IMG/VR virus record: IMGVR_UViG_3300030708_002673
Span: 18,130-82,129 of that record
Origin: a virus
Lineage: Duplodnaviria; Caudoviricetes
Strand: one strand, 5' to 3'
Length of the DNA: 64,000 nt
Made by a program: the position numbers and the translations under genes. The notes below the pieces were generated by a model. That model worked only from the letters and a program-made list of their open reading frames with translations, had not been told where the DNA came from and did not search any database. Positions 17,664 to 26,235 of this stretch are shown piece by piece (the stretch's first letter is position 1; every line of letters begins with the position of its first letter).

Positions 17664-18602
17664 ATGTCTTTTGCAGACCTCAAAAAGCAATCTCGACTTG
17701 GTTCTCTGACTTCAAAGTTGACCAAGGAAATCGAGAAGATGAATACCAGCGGAGCTGGTAACGCAGACGAACGTCTGTGGAAACTTGAAGTCGATAAGGC
17801 AGGCAATGGTTATGCCGTCATCCGATTCTTGCCCGCTCCTGAGGGAGAAGAACTCCCTTGGGCGAAGGTGTGGTCACACGCCTTCCAAGGACCCGGAGGT
17901 TGGTATATCGAAAACAGCCTGACCACCCTAGGACAGAAAGATCCTGTCTCTGAGTACAACCGTCTCCTTTGGAACAGTGGTACTGATAGTGACAAGGATT
18001 TGGCACGTAAGCAGAAGCGAAAGCTCACTTACATTGCGAACATCTACGTTGTCAAGGATCCGACCAACCCCCATAACGAAGGACAAGTTTTCCTTTATAA
18101 GTTCGGAAAGAAGATCTTTGACAAGATCACTGCTGCCATGCAGCCTGAGTTTGAAGACGAAGAAGCAATCGACCCGTTCGATTTTTGGCAAGGTGCGAAC
18201 TTCAAACTGAAGGCAAAGAATGTTGCGGGTTACCGTAACTATGACAGTAGTGAGTTTGCTGCTGCATCTCCGGTGCTGGACGACGACGATGCCCTTGAGG
18301 CATTGTGGAAGAAACAGTATTCTCTAGAAGAATTTACTCGCCCTGATCAGTTCAAGGCATATGGGGAACTAGAGAAGCGTTTGAATTCCGTGTTGAACAA
18401 CACCCGGAAACCAGTTGACCCTGAGACCTTCGATGAGGAGGAAGCAGCGGTCACTAAATCTCGCCAGCAAATGGATGAGGAAGATCGTATCGTCAAAAGA
18501 AGTCCTGCCCCTGTTGAGTCTGCTGTCGCGACCGGATCAACAGATGCTGATGACTCAGATGACGATGCCCTGTCCTACTTTCAGAGACTTGCCGAGAGCT
18601 GA
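17664..18602 (+). CDS. gp32: Single-stranded DNA-binding protein gp32
   Basis: DERLWK...GNGYAVIRFLPAP...WYIENSLTTLG...YRNYD; acidic tail. Confidence 0.97.
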   Translation: MSFADLKKQSRLGSLTSKLTKEIEKMNTSGAGNADERLWKLEVDKAGNGYAVIRFLPAPEGEELPWAKVWSHAFQGPGGWYIENSLTTLGQKDPVSEYNRLLWNSGTDSDKDLARKQKRKLTYIANIYVVKDPTNPHNEGQVFLYKFGKKIFDKITAAMQPEFEDEEAIDPFDFWQGANFKLKAKNVAGYRNYDSSEFAAASPVLDDDDALEALWKKQYSLEEFTRPDQFKAYGELEKRLNSVLNNTRKPVDPETFDEEEAAVTKSRQQMDEEDRIVKRSPAPVESAVATGSTDADDSDDDALSYFQRLAES

Positions 18603-18605
18603 GGC

Positions 18606-19172
18606 ATGAAGTTCTACAGCTTCAACGAGCTGATTGGAGTCTGGGATGGGGATCTCCCCATCCTGGACTTTTCTCTTAGGAAGATCTATGAATGGAGGGA
18701 CGAGTTCCCTGAGTCCGAAGGCAATTCTAACATCGAGGGTTGGCAACGCACTGGTATGCATAAGGATGGACGATTCAGTCCACTGATGTCACTCATCGCA
18801 AATAAGTCTCGGGAATACATCGATCAGCATGATGTAAAACCACCCCGCTACATGGAGATTGTCCATGCCTTCGCCAACATCAATGGACCTGGTGCATCAA
18901 ACTGCATGCATCATCACACCTATGGTCAGATCAGTGGGGTGTATTGGTTGAAGACCCCACGTAATAGTGGTGATCTAATCATCATGAGTCCTTTCCACAA
19001 CCAATACCTGAACACCTCGTGTGTATCTAAGATTGACCGCAATGCGATGGTCATTGAACCCAAAGCAAACACAGGGGTATTTTTCAACAGCAATCTAGTT
19101 CACTACGTAGATCAGAACCGATCAGGTAAAGACAGGGTGTCTGTAGCATTTCACATCCTTCTTCACCCGTAG
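18606..19172 (+). CDS. 2OG-Fe(II) oxygenase (TIGR02466-like)
   Basis: ANINGPG, HHH, SGVYW, FNSNLVHYV, RVSVAF. Confidence 0.82.
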   Translation: MKFYSFNELIGVWDGDLPILDFSLRKIYEWRDEFPESEGNSNIEGWQRTGMHKDGRFSPLMSLIANKSREYIDQHDVKPPRYMEIVHAFANINGPGASNCMHHHTYGQISGVYWLKTPRNSGDLIIMSPFHNQYLNTSCVSKIDRNAMVIEPKANTGVFFNSNLVHYVDQNRSGKDRVSVAFHILLHP

Positions 19173-19242
19173 CGAAAACGGACTTTCATTTACCAGAAAC
19201 TGGAAAAAAAACTCGGGGCAAAAATCGCCCCTATAGGCTTTT

Positions 19243-19791
19243 ATGTACAAAAACATAGTCATCATAGAACGGAATATCGATGTGACGCCGTTTTTGGAGG
19301 AATTGAACCCAGATCACTGGGACTGGGTTTCGCAGCAAACGGGAAATAACCTCGGAGGCGACAGAAACCCATATGGGTTCTTACCGCTAGTTTGGGCAAA
19401 AGTCCAAAAAGGCGAAGATCCGCATGATGCGATGGGACAAGAAAAAACGGCACTTTACGACTTATACCCCAAAGTGCACGAATTTTGGAAAAAGCACAAT
19501 ATCACCGAAACTGGCAGAGCGGCATTTTTCCGATTACAACCCGGAAAACGTGTTTTGGAGCATATTGACCGTGGTGAGTATTATAAGAAAAAGGACCGAT
19601 ATCACTTATCTCTGCAAGGCACCTATTTGTACCGTGTTGGTGATGAAAGCATGATTGTGCCACCTGGCACGTTTTTCTGGTTCCACAACAAATTACCCCA
19701 CGAGGCATTCAACGTGGGGGATGTTGATAGGTACTCATTGGTTTGGGACGTTCCTCACAGTCCCAATAACCCACATTTAGCGAAGTGCTAA
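19243..19791 (+). CDS. Aspartyl/asparaginyl beta-hydroxylase-like 2OG oxygenase
   Basis: RLQPGKRVLEHID, RYHLSLQG, WFHNKLPHEAFN, R at end. Confidence 0.8.
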   Translation: MYKNIVIIERNIDVTPFLEELNPDHWDWVSQQTGNNLGGDRNPYGFLPLVWAKVQKGEDPHDAMGQEKTALYDLYPKVHEFWKKHNITETGRAAFFRLQPGKRVLEHIDRGEYYKKKDRYHLSLQGTYLYRVGDESMIVPPGTFFWFHNKLPHEAFNVGDVDRYSLVWDVPHSPNNPHLAKC

Positions 19792-20433
19792 AAGACGAAG
19801 ATTATCGCCTTTCTTCATCTTACGGTCAATGTACTGACTAGAATCTTCATAAGTCATGATGTCCCTCATGTCTTCGATAATGGTATCGATGTACATTGAC
19901 TTGAGAGTGTAGATGTTCCGCTTCGCATCATTTTTGCGAGTCTCATACTCCAAGTTACTGACCGACTGAGTTCCTGTATCAGTGTAGTTGATGCCTCTGT
20001 ATGAGTAAGTGAACGTGGCATCTCCATCAACCACGAGACCACCTTGCTGCAAGAGTTTCCCCTCAGGATCACGACGCTCTACACTTTCGTAGTGATGAAT
20101 CTCAGCAAGTTGCTGAGGAGTATAGTTGTTGTTGATATAACGTTGGAAGTCAATCTCACTCATAGGCCATTCATCACGAATGTTCAGAATGTTGTTGGAG
20201 ATTAGGATAATCCAATCGTATTCTGGATTGCCATACAACTCATCTGCCACATTATCGGGACGATCATCGCCACGAATAGAAAACTTGTCAAAGGCAGCAG
20301 CGACCTGGAAGATGTCGTCTCGAATCTTGCCTCTTTTGAAGATATTGGTGCTTTCAACGTAATCGGAACTAGATGACCGATTGTCGGAAAATGAAAGCAG
20401 AGATACTTTGGGAAAGTCGTCGAAATAAGCCAT
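19777..20433 (-). CDS. gp53: Baseplate wedge protein gp53
   Basis: MAYFDDFP, RPDNVADELYG, WIILISNNI, IHHYE. Confidence 0.92.
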   Translation of the reverse strand: MAYFDDFPKVSLLSFSDNRSSSSDYVESTNIFKRGKIRDDIFQVAAAFDKFSIRGDDRPDNVADELYGNPEYDWIILISNNILNIRDEWPMSEIDFQRYINNNYTPQQLAEIHHYESVERRDPEGKLLQQGGLVVDGDATFTYSYRGINYTDTGTQSVSNLEYETRKNDAKRNIYTLKSMYIDTIIEDMRDIMTYEDSSQYIDRKMKKGDNLRLLALR

Positions 20434-21926
20434 TAGAATCCGATGTCCTCCTCGGTAATTTTGTTATCGCCCATGAGAGGACCTTGGAACCTAAGCAGAT
20501 CTTCAGTAGAAGCAGTCCGATCTTCGCCCAACTTATAATCATCACGGAAGATTGGAGTAAGCTCAGTGAAACTGAGCATCATGGTTGTTCTGACTGGTTG
20601 GGAGATTGTCGTGCTGTCGGCATATGACTGATAGACACCTCCATCAGTGTAGTTGAACCCAATATTGGTCAAAGCACACATCTTATGGATAGGCAGTGCC
20701 CTAATTCGTCGCTGCCCATTGAAGTATGAGATTCGGAAGATATCTGGAGAACCAATGAAGATGCCAGTACCAGTCTTCATGGGAGTCATGCCCTCCTTGA
20801 AGAATCTTGAAATGCGATTTGCTTGTTTGGCATCCTCTTCACTATTGGGAGCAAACTCATACTTGAACACAAATTGTCTCAGTTTAGGACCTGAGAATAA
20901 CAACTCCATATTGGGGTTCAAGACCTGACCATTTTTCCTGGCAATGAATTGTGCAGGATCAACATTGATGCCAACCTTAGACAAAAGTATCTTGGCAATT
21001 TGACCACTGATTGCTTGATTGACATCCCCGCCAGAAGTTGTCCCCTGGGCTAGAGTTTTACCAGTGTTCATTATATCTGACAATCCATCTGTTATGAATT
21101 GAGATACGTTTTTCTCGCCACTAAACACCTTAGAAAGTTCACTTTGTGCCTTTATGAACGCACCCGCTTCCACGATATTGGCAGTTCCTTGACCCCAGTT
21201 CATGCCTTGACTAGCTTGGAGGTCATTTGGGATTGGTAGACGGACACCACCAATAAATTTTTGTGTTTGAACGGACCTGGTTAGACCATCAGTAAAAATT
21301 TTCGATAAGTCAGTTGCTACACTGGGATTTGGGGCACTATATTCAAACCGCTCAATCTTCATGTAATCCTGAGCACCTTTATCGTAAAGTGCATCATGAG
21401 GATATTGATAAAACGGTGGCGGTTCACCTTTTGTTGACGTAAACACCTTAGCAGCAGCTTCTTCTGCGGCGGGGGGTACTACTGGGATCGGCACAACGTC
21501 GCCATTGTAAGCAGCGTCAGGGTGGATAAAATTCTTTGCTTGGAAAGATGGAATTACCTGAGACACGTCATATTCACTTTTTCCTAAGTTTGCAGTAAGG
21601 CGGGCGATAGTATTACCATCATAAGCAAACGAGGTACCTGCTTTGTTGGCAGCGTCTTGTAACTCAGATAGCATGCCTGACTTCGATGCCAGGTCATATG
21701 CACTGTCTAATGCACGAACCAATCCTCTTTCTAAGGCAGGATCATCTAGCAATTTTCTATTATTACTCTGATTCAGGTCTAGACTTACTCCAGCAGCATC
21801 CACAAGACCTCTAATCGTTCCAAACTGATTATCCAGTTTGGTGCTCATAAGCAGTCGATGGGCAGCACCTTGGATAGTAACCTTCTGGTTCAGAAGACAG
21901 CTTTTACCAATACATTTGTTACTCAT
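20433..21926 (-). CDS. gp48: Baseplate tail-tube cap gp48
   Basis: LPIP, NPNMELLFSGPKLRQFVFKYEFAP, CALTNIGFNY, FTELTPI. Confidence 0.85.
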   Translation of the reverse strand: MSNKCIGKSCLLNQKVTIQGAAHRLLMSTKLDNQFGTIRGLVDAAGVSLDLNQSNNRKLLDDPALERGLVRALDSAYDLASKSGMLSELQDAANKAGTSFAYDGNTIARLTANLGKSEYDVSQVIPSFQAKNFIHPDAAYNGDVVPIPVVPPAAEEAAAKVFTSTKGEPPPFYQYPHDALYDKGAQDYMKIERFEYSAPNPSVATDLSKIFTDGLTRSVQTQKFIGGVRLPIPNDLQASQGMNWGQGTANIVEAGAFIKAQSELSKVFSGEKNVSQFITDGLSDIMNTGKTLAQGTTSGGDVNQAISGQIAKILLSKVGINVDPAQFIARKNGQVLNPNMELLFSGPKLRQFVFKYEFAPNSEEDAKQANRISRFFKEGMTPMKTGTGIFIGSPDIFRISYFNGQRRIRALPIHKMCALTNIGFNYTDGGVYQSYADSTTISQPVRTTMMLSFTELTPIFRDDYKLGEDRTASTEDLLRFQGPLMGDNKITEEDIGF

Positions 21927-22351
21927 TAGTTCTTGAGGGTGCCTTTACGATAAACCGTGTCAGGATCAATATCAATTTCAACGGACCCGAAGTCCCTAAC
22001 AAATTTTTCAGAATCAAGGTTGACTGCTTTATCCCACTCTTCTGTTGCAATAGTGAGGAAGGGACTGCGGACGTAGGATTTTAGGTATTTATGGAACCCC
22101 CGCAATCTTGCTAAATCTTCTCCAGCATCAATATATCTCATTATTGACAATCTATTCTCTGGTTTATGGTAATGTAGGTTGACACCCCAAAATACTGTGC
22201 CTCTTTCTACCGCAATCAGATAGCACAATGGGTTGCGGTCATAGAAAGGCAATTGCTCTGCTGTTTTTGCTGTATATTGAAACAGAGCAATTTTGCCAGG
22301 GATTGGTCTTCCTTCCAAAGTTGACTTTGGGAATTCATCTCTATATTCCAA
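21926..22351 (-). CDS. gp2: DNA end protector gp2 (short form)
   Basis: FQYTAK...LPFYDRNPL...GVNLHY...FHKYL. Confidence 0.8.
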   Translation of the reverse strand: MEYRDEFPKSTLEGRPIPGKIALFQYTAKTAEQLPFYDRNPLCYLIAVERGTVFWGVNLHYHKPENRLSIMRYIDAGEDLARLRGFHKYLKSYVRSPFLTIATEEWDKAVNLDSEKFVRDFGSVEIDIDPDTVYRKGTLKN

Positions 22352-22772
22352 GTTCCTTCTCCGTCATGACTTGAAACTCCCATCGGCGGTCAGCACAGAA
22401 CTCTTCTGCTGCCTTCCACTTTGCTTGGTTTTTGGCATATTCGAGAGTTTCATAGATATGCTTTTTGGTCTTCCTTTTTGTTGTTGGAGGAGCACACTGC
22501 TTAGCAGGTTTGATCTCAATAATCTTCTCAACAATTTGACCCTTTACATTCTTGTATTTGATGTAAAAGTCAGGGAAGTACCTACGGACACGTTTGGTCG
22601 TAGGGTCATAATATGGAATATGAAACTCTTCAGATGCCCAGAACAAAATGTTCTCATTCTTGTCGCAATAAACCATAAACTTACGTTCCCAGAGAGAACG
22701 ATAGATTATGTTTCTTGAATCCCCCTTATACTTCCTCGGATTCGATGGTCTATACCGACCTTGATATGACAT
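22341..22772 (-). CDS. gp4: Head completion nuclease gp4
   Basis: YRSLWERKFM, YFPDF, IEIKP, NQAKW; start moved to MSYQG. Confidence 0.93.
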   Translation of the reverse strand: MSYQGRYRPSNPRKYKGDSRNIIYRSLWERKFMVYCDKNENILFWASEEFHIPYYDPTTKRVRRYFPDFYIKYKNVKGQIVEKIIEIKPAKQCAPPTTKRKTKKHIYETLEYAKNQAKWKAAEEFCADRRWEFQVMTEKELGI

Positions 22773-22806
22773 ACATAGTATACTAGACCACTCTATATTT
22801 AGAGGC

Positions 22807-23718
22807 ATGGCAGAAAGAGCCGAAGTTATAAGTGATCCTAAAAGGAGGATTCTAAGAACTGATGACCTCTACCTTGGTAGGACTAGGGCAGGCGGTATTG
22901 TGCCCGCCTTCAACAACATTTATGATGTAACGATTGATTTTTCAGGTGATAAGGCAAGCACCTTGAGAGGGCACATCAAATCGACTGTGCTGTACGAGAC
23001 TGAGGAACCTCCTGGAAGTTACCTTTCTCTGTTTTGCTCAGAGGCACTTCTTCCTGGAAGTCAGTTTCAAACTTCCTCTGTTGATGGACTTCGCCAGGGT
23101 TTGCAACAGCAATACGCTTTGTATCGTAGATATCCCGATATCAACCTGACGTGGTATTCTCAAAGAGATTACTTTACTAATGATGTGTTCAATGCCTGGA
23201 TGGAATTTATGTCTCCTCCGGATTTTGGTCAAGACATGGTAACTTTGGATCAAAAACTGAAAGGGAGTAATGCTGCTAGAAGGTTGAGATATCCAGATCA
23301 GTACAAGTGTAATATGGAGATCACATCATTTAGTCGTGACGCTAACAATCCCAGTTACATCACATATCATATTAGAAGAGCATTCCCAAATAACATTGTT
23401 GCTGCTCCTTTGGCATATGGAAAAGCAGAATTGATCAAGACTACAGTATCTTTTGCTTACGAAACATACTACATTGGTCGTCAAGGTAGTTCTGCTAATG
23501 TTACCAAAGCAAACAGTGATGGGATTCTCTTACCTCTCAACCCTGAAACAGTAATCGACGGAACTGACGGTCCGTTACCTAGGAGTAATGAGGAACCAAC
23601 CCGCCCCGGAGCAGACGCTGGCACAAATCTTGATTCCAAACCCCTACCCCCTGCCGCTACTAAACCGCTCCCCGATGTATTCAACAGTCCTGGAGAGAGA
23701 TCTTTCGGGACACCCTAA
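22807..23718 (+). CDS. Tail-tube-like baseplate protein (gp54/gp19 family)
   Basis: LFCSEALLPG, AWMEF, AFPNNI, TVSFAY; divergent from gp4. Confidence 0.7.
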   Translation: MAERAEVISDPKRRILRTDDLYLGRTRAGGIVPAFNNIYDVTIDFSGDKASTLRGHIKSTVLYETEEPPGSYLSLFCSEALLPGSQFQTSSVDGLRQGLQQQYALYRRYPDINLTWYSQRDYFTNDVFNAWMEFMSPPDFGQDMVTLDQKLKGSNAARRLRYPDQYKCNMEITSFSRDANNPSYITYHIRRAFPNNIVAAPLAYGKAELIKTTVSFAYETYYIGRQGSSANVTKANSDGILLPLNPETVIDGTDGPLPRSNEEPTRPGADAGTNLDSKPLPPAATKPLPDVFNSPGERSFGTP

Positions 23719-23745
23719 TAAATACCTGTACTGAATTGAATTGTT

Positions 23746-24474
23746 ATGCCACTGCCTAAGGTTGTAACACCTGTTTTTGAGGTGAATCTGCTATCGACTG
23801 GTAAACCAGTCAGATATCGACCATTCCTGGTCAAAGAAGAGAAAGCACTATTGATTGCACTTGAAAGTGGTAATGATAAAAACATCATTGCTACTGTAAA
23901 AGATGTTCTCAAAGCATGTGTAGTCACTCGGGGAGTAAAGATTGATACTCTCCCCTCATTTGATCTTGAATACCTATTCTTGAACATCCGAGGCAAGTCA
24001 GTTGGTGAGACTGTAGAACTGCTGGTCACTTGTGCTGACGATGAGGAAGTCAAGGTTCCTCTGATGATTCATATGTCAGAGATCGGTCTGGATGTTCCTG
24101 ATGGTCACACTGACACTATTGAACTTGATGGAGGAATCTCTATCAAGATGAAGTATCCATCTATGGATGAGTTCCTGAAAAACAACTTCAGTGTTACTCA
24201 ACAAACCAACAAAGACACGGTGGATGAGGCATTCAAGGTAATTGCCAAGTGCATTGACACTGTGTTTACTGAAGAGGAAGCATGGTCTGCTAGTGATTGC
24301 ACTCAAACAGAACTGGTGAAGTTCATTGAGCAGTTGAGTTCAGCACAGTTCCAGAAGATTGAGAACTTTTTCTCCAGCATGCCCAAATTGAGGTATGAGG
24401 GGAAGGTGACTAACCCAAATACTGAAGTTGTGACTGATGTAGTTGTTGAGGGTATGTCAAATTTTTTCGGATAA
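23746..24474 (+). CDS. gp26: Baseplate hub subunit gp26
   Basis: MPLPK, YRPFLVKEEK, FDLEYLFLNIRGKSVGE, FFSSMP. Confidence 0.93.
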   Translation: MPLPKVVTPVFEVNLLSTGKPVRYRPFLVKEEKALLIALESGNDKNIIATVKDVLKACVVTRGVKIDTLPSFDLEYLFLNIRGKSVGETVELLVTCADDEEVKVPLMIHMSEIGLDVPDGHTDTIELDGGISIKMKYPSMDEFLKNNFSVTQQTNKDTVDEAFKVIAKCIDTVFTEEEAWSASDCTQTELVKFIEQLSSAQFQKIENFFSSMPKLRYEGKVTNPNTEVVTDVVVEGMSNFFG

Positions 24475-24662
24475 TGCTATATCACACGACCATTGATGTG
24501 TGCATGGAAGTCAATTTTGCTCTCATGCAGCATCACGGGTGGTCATTGAGTGATATAGAAAGTTTATACCCGTGGGAAAAAGACGTATACATAAAGTATC
24601 TCACAAATTATCTTGAGAAACAAAGACTAGAGGCAGCACAGGACGCTAATGCCGGATTCTAA
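24474..24662 (+). CDS. gp51: Baseplate hub assembly catalyst gp51
   Basis: NFALMQHHGWSLSDIESLYPWEKDVY. Confidence 0.88.
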   Translation: MLYHTTIDVCMEVNFALMQHHGWSLSDIESLYPWEKDVYIKYLTNYLEKQRLEAAQDANAGF

Positions 24663-26235
24663 CGTACAGTCTGTTACTCCCATGATTGCCCCTTTGCGGG
24701 ACAAGGTGGAGGAACAAGCTGTTGCGTTGAATGATAATGTAGATAGAACGAATGATAATATCAGACGTTTGGGACGTATTGTCCTAGACATGGAAAGAAT
24801 GGATGCAAGCATGAAAGTCATGCGTGCAGACATCAGGAAAGATCTTAGGGCACGAAGGAGATACTTTAGAGAAGAGCAGAAACTTATAAAGAAGGATATC
24901 AAGCAGACAGAGAAACTTGGTAACTCTTTTATTGGATTTAGAGCAACCCTTGCCGGTTTAGCTGCTCTCAGTGCTGGAAGAGAGTTTGGTCAAGGTGATA
25001 TAATCGGTGGGTTACAGGATAGTGCAATTGCTGTTACAGCAATGCTACCTGAAATCACAAGTACAGTTTTAGGAGCAGTAGGTTTGGCATTAGGTTTGAA
25101 AGGTGGAGGCGGGCGCGGACCAACCGCCGGTCCTAGAGCAGCAGCACCTCGTGGGAGAATGCGTGGTGGTCCAGGGTTTATGGCTCTGTTACCACTGGCA
25201 CTTCTTGGTAGTTCTATGTTGATGGGTGGTCCTGCAAAAGGAGATCAGACCCGTGTAGAGATGATTCAACAGCAATCTATTGAAGATAGTTTGATCAGTC
25301 CTAAAGAAGTAAATTTTTTCAGTGCCACAGTTGGTAGATTCAACCGTATTCTGGACAGACTTCTGGGCAGGGAGGTCAAAGATCCCAATATCAATATCAA
25401 TGATCCTGACAAAAAACCAAAAAAACCAAAAAAACTTGATCCACCGGATGACGACGATGATTCACCGGCAAAGGTTGATCCTATTGACTCGATGTTGCCT
25501 GGTATCAATAGAACTCCTCTAGATGATTCTCAAAAAGAAGCACTCATTCAACTCGTAAGAGAAGGTGAGGGCACTGCTGATGCTCAAGGATATAACAAAT
25601 GGTTTGGTGGTGATACCAGTCTTGATATCACCAAGATGACTGGTAATGAAGTGATGCAGGAGCAAATCCGTCGCCTTGATGCTGGCGAAACTCCTAAGTT
25701 TACTGATGCTTTCGGTGTGACATCGACCAGTGCTGCTGTTGGTGCAGGTCAGTTTATGAAACCTGAGCAGGTCATGATCGACATGGGTCTAGATCCTGCA
25801 ACCACCAAAATGACTCCTGAGGTTCAGGATGCGATGATCCTGCATCTGGCAATGAACACACGTGGTGTGGATCTTTCTGATGGGATTGACATGGCTGAGA
25901 TGAGGAGATTGGGTAAGGAGTGGGCAAGTCTCACTTCATACCATGGTCAAAAAGATATCACTCCTCAGGAGTCGATTGACAGGTATAACACGATCTTAGA
26001 AGGTATCAGGAAGCGTAAAGGAGAGACTAAAACTGACCCGCTGGGTCCTCAGTCATCTCTGCCAATGCCGAGTATTCAACCTTCTACTCCTGCTCCCCAG
26101 ATTGCTGCTGTTGCACCCGAACCGCCATCTCCTGCATCAATCACGATTGATCCAAACTCTGCTGGCACCACGGGATCTGAGATTGCATCTACGGCATTGC
26201 TGAGTCAGTATAACATCCCAGCAATGTTCTCATGA
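24649..26235 (+). CDS. Baseplate hub/tail-length-type protein with lambda-lysozyme-like domain
   Basis: Coiled-coil N-terminus; LVREGEGT..GYNKWFGG..TSAAVGAGQF; position after gp51. Confidence 0.55.
   Translation: MPDSNVQSVTPMIAPLRDKVEEQAVALNDNVDRTNDNIRRLGRIVLDMERMDASMKVMRADIRKDLRARRRYFREEQKLIKKDIKQTEKLGNSFIGFRATLAGLAALSAGREFGQGDIIGGLQDSAIAVTAMLPEITSTVLGAVGLALGLKGGGGRGPTAGPRAAAPRGRMRGGPGFMALLPLALLGSSMLMGGPAKGDQTRVEMIQQQSIEDSLISPKEVNFFSATVGRFNRILDRLLGREVKDPNININDPDKKPKKPKKLDPPDDDDDSPAKVDPIDSMLPGINRTPLDDSQKEALIQLVREGEGTADAQGYNKWFGGDTSLDITKMTGNEVMQEQIRRLDAGETPKFTDAFGVTSTSAAVGAGQFMKPEQVMIDMGLDPATTKMTPEVQDAMILHLAMNTRGVDLSDGIDMAEMRRLGKEWASLTSYHGQKDITPQESIDRYNTILEGIRKRKGETKTDPLGPQSSLPMPSIQPSTPAPQIAAVAPEPPSPASITIDPNSAGTTGSEIASTALLSQYNIPAMFS

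Noticed and set aside
25405-25460. Poly-A runs (KKPKKPKKL) as phase-variation tracts
   Set aside because: In-frame low-complexity linker; lytic phage; no frame disruption.
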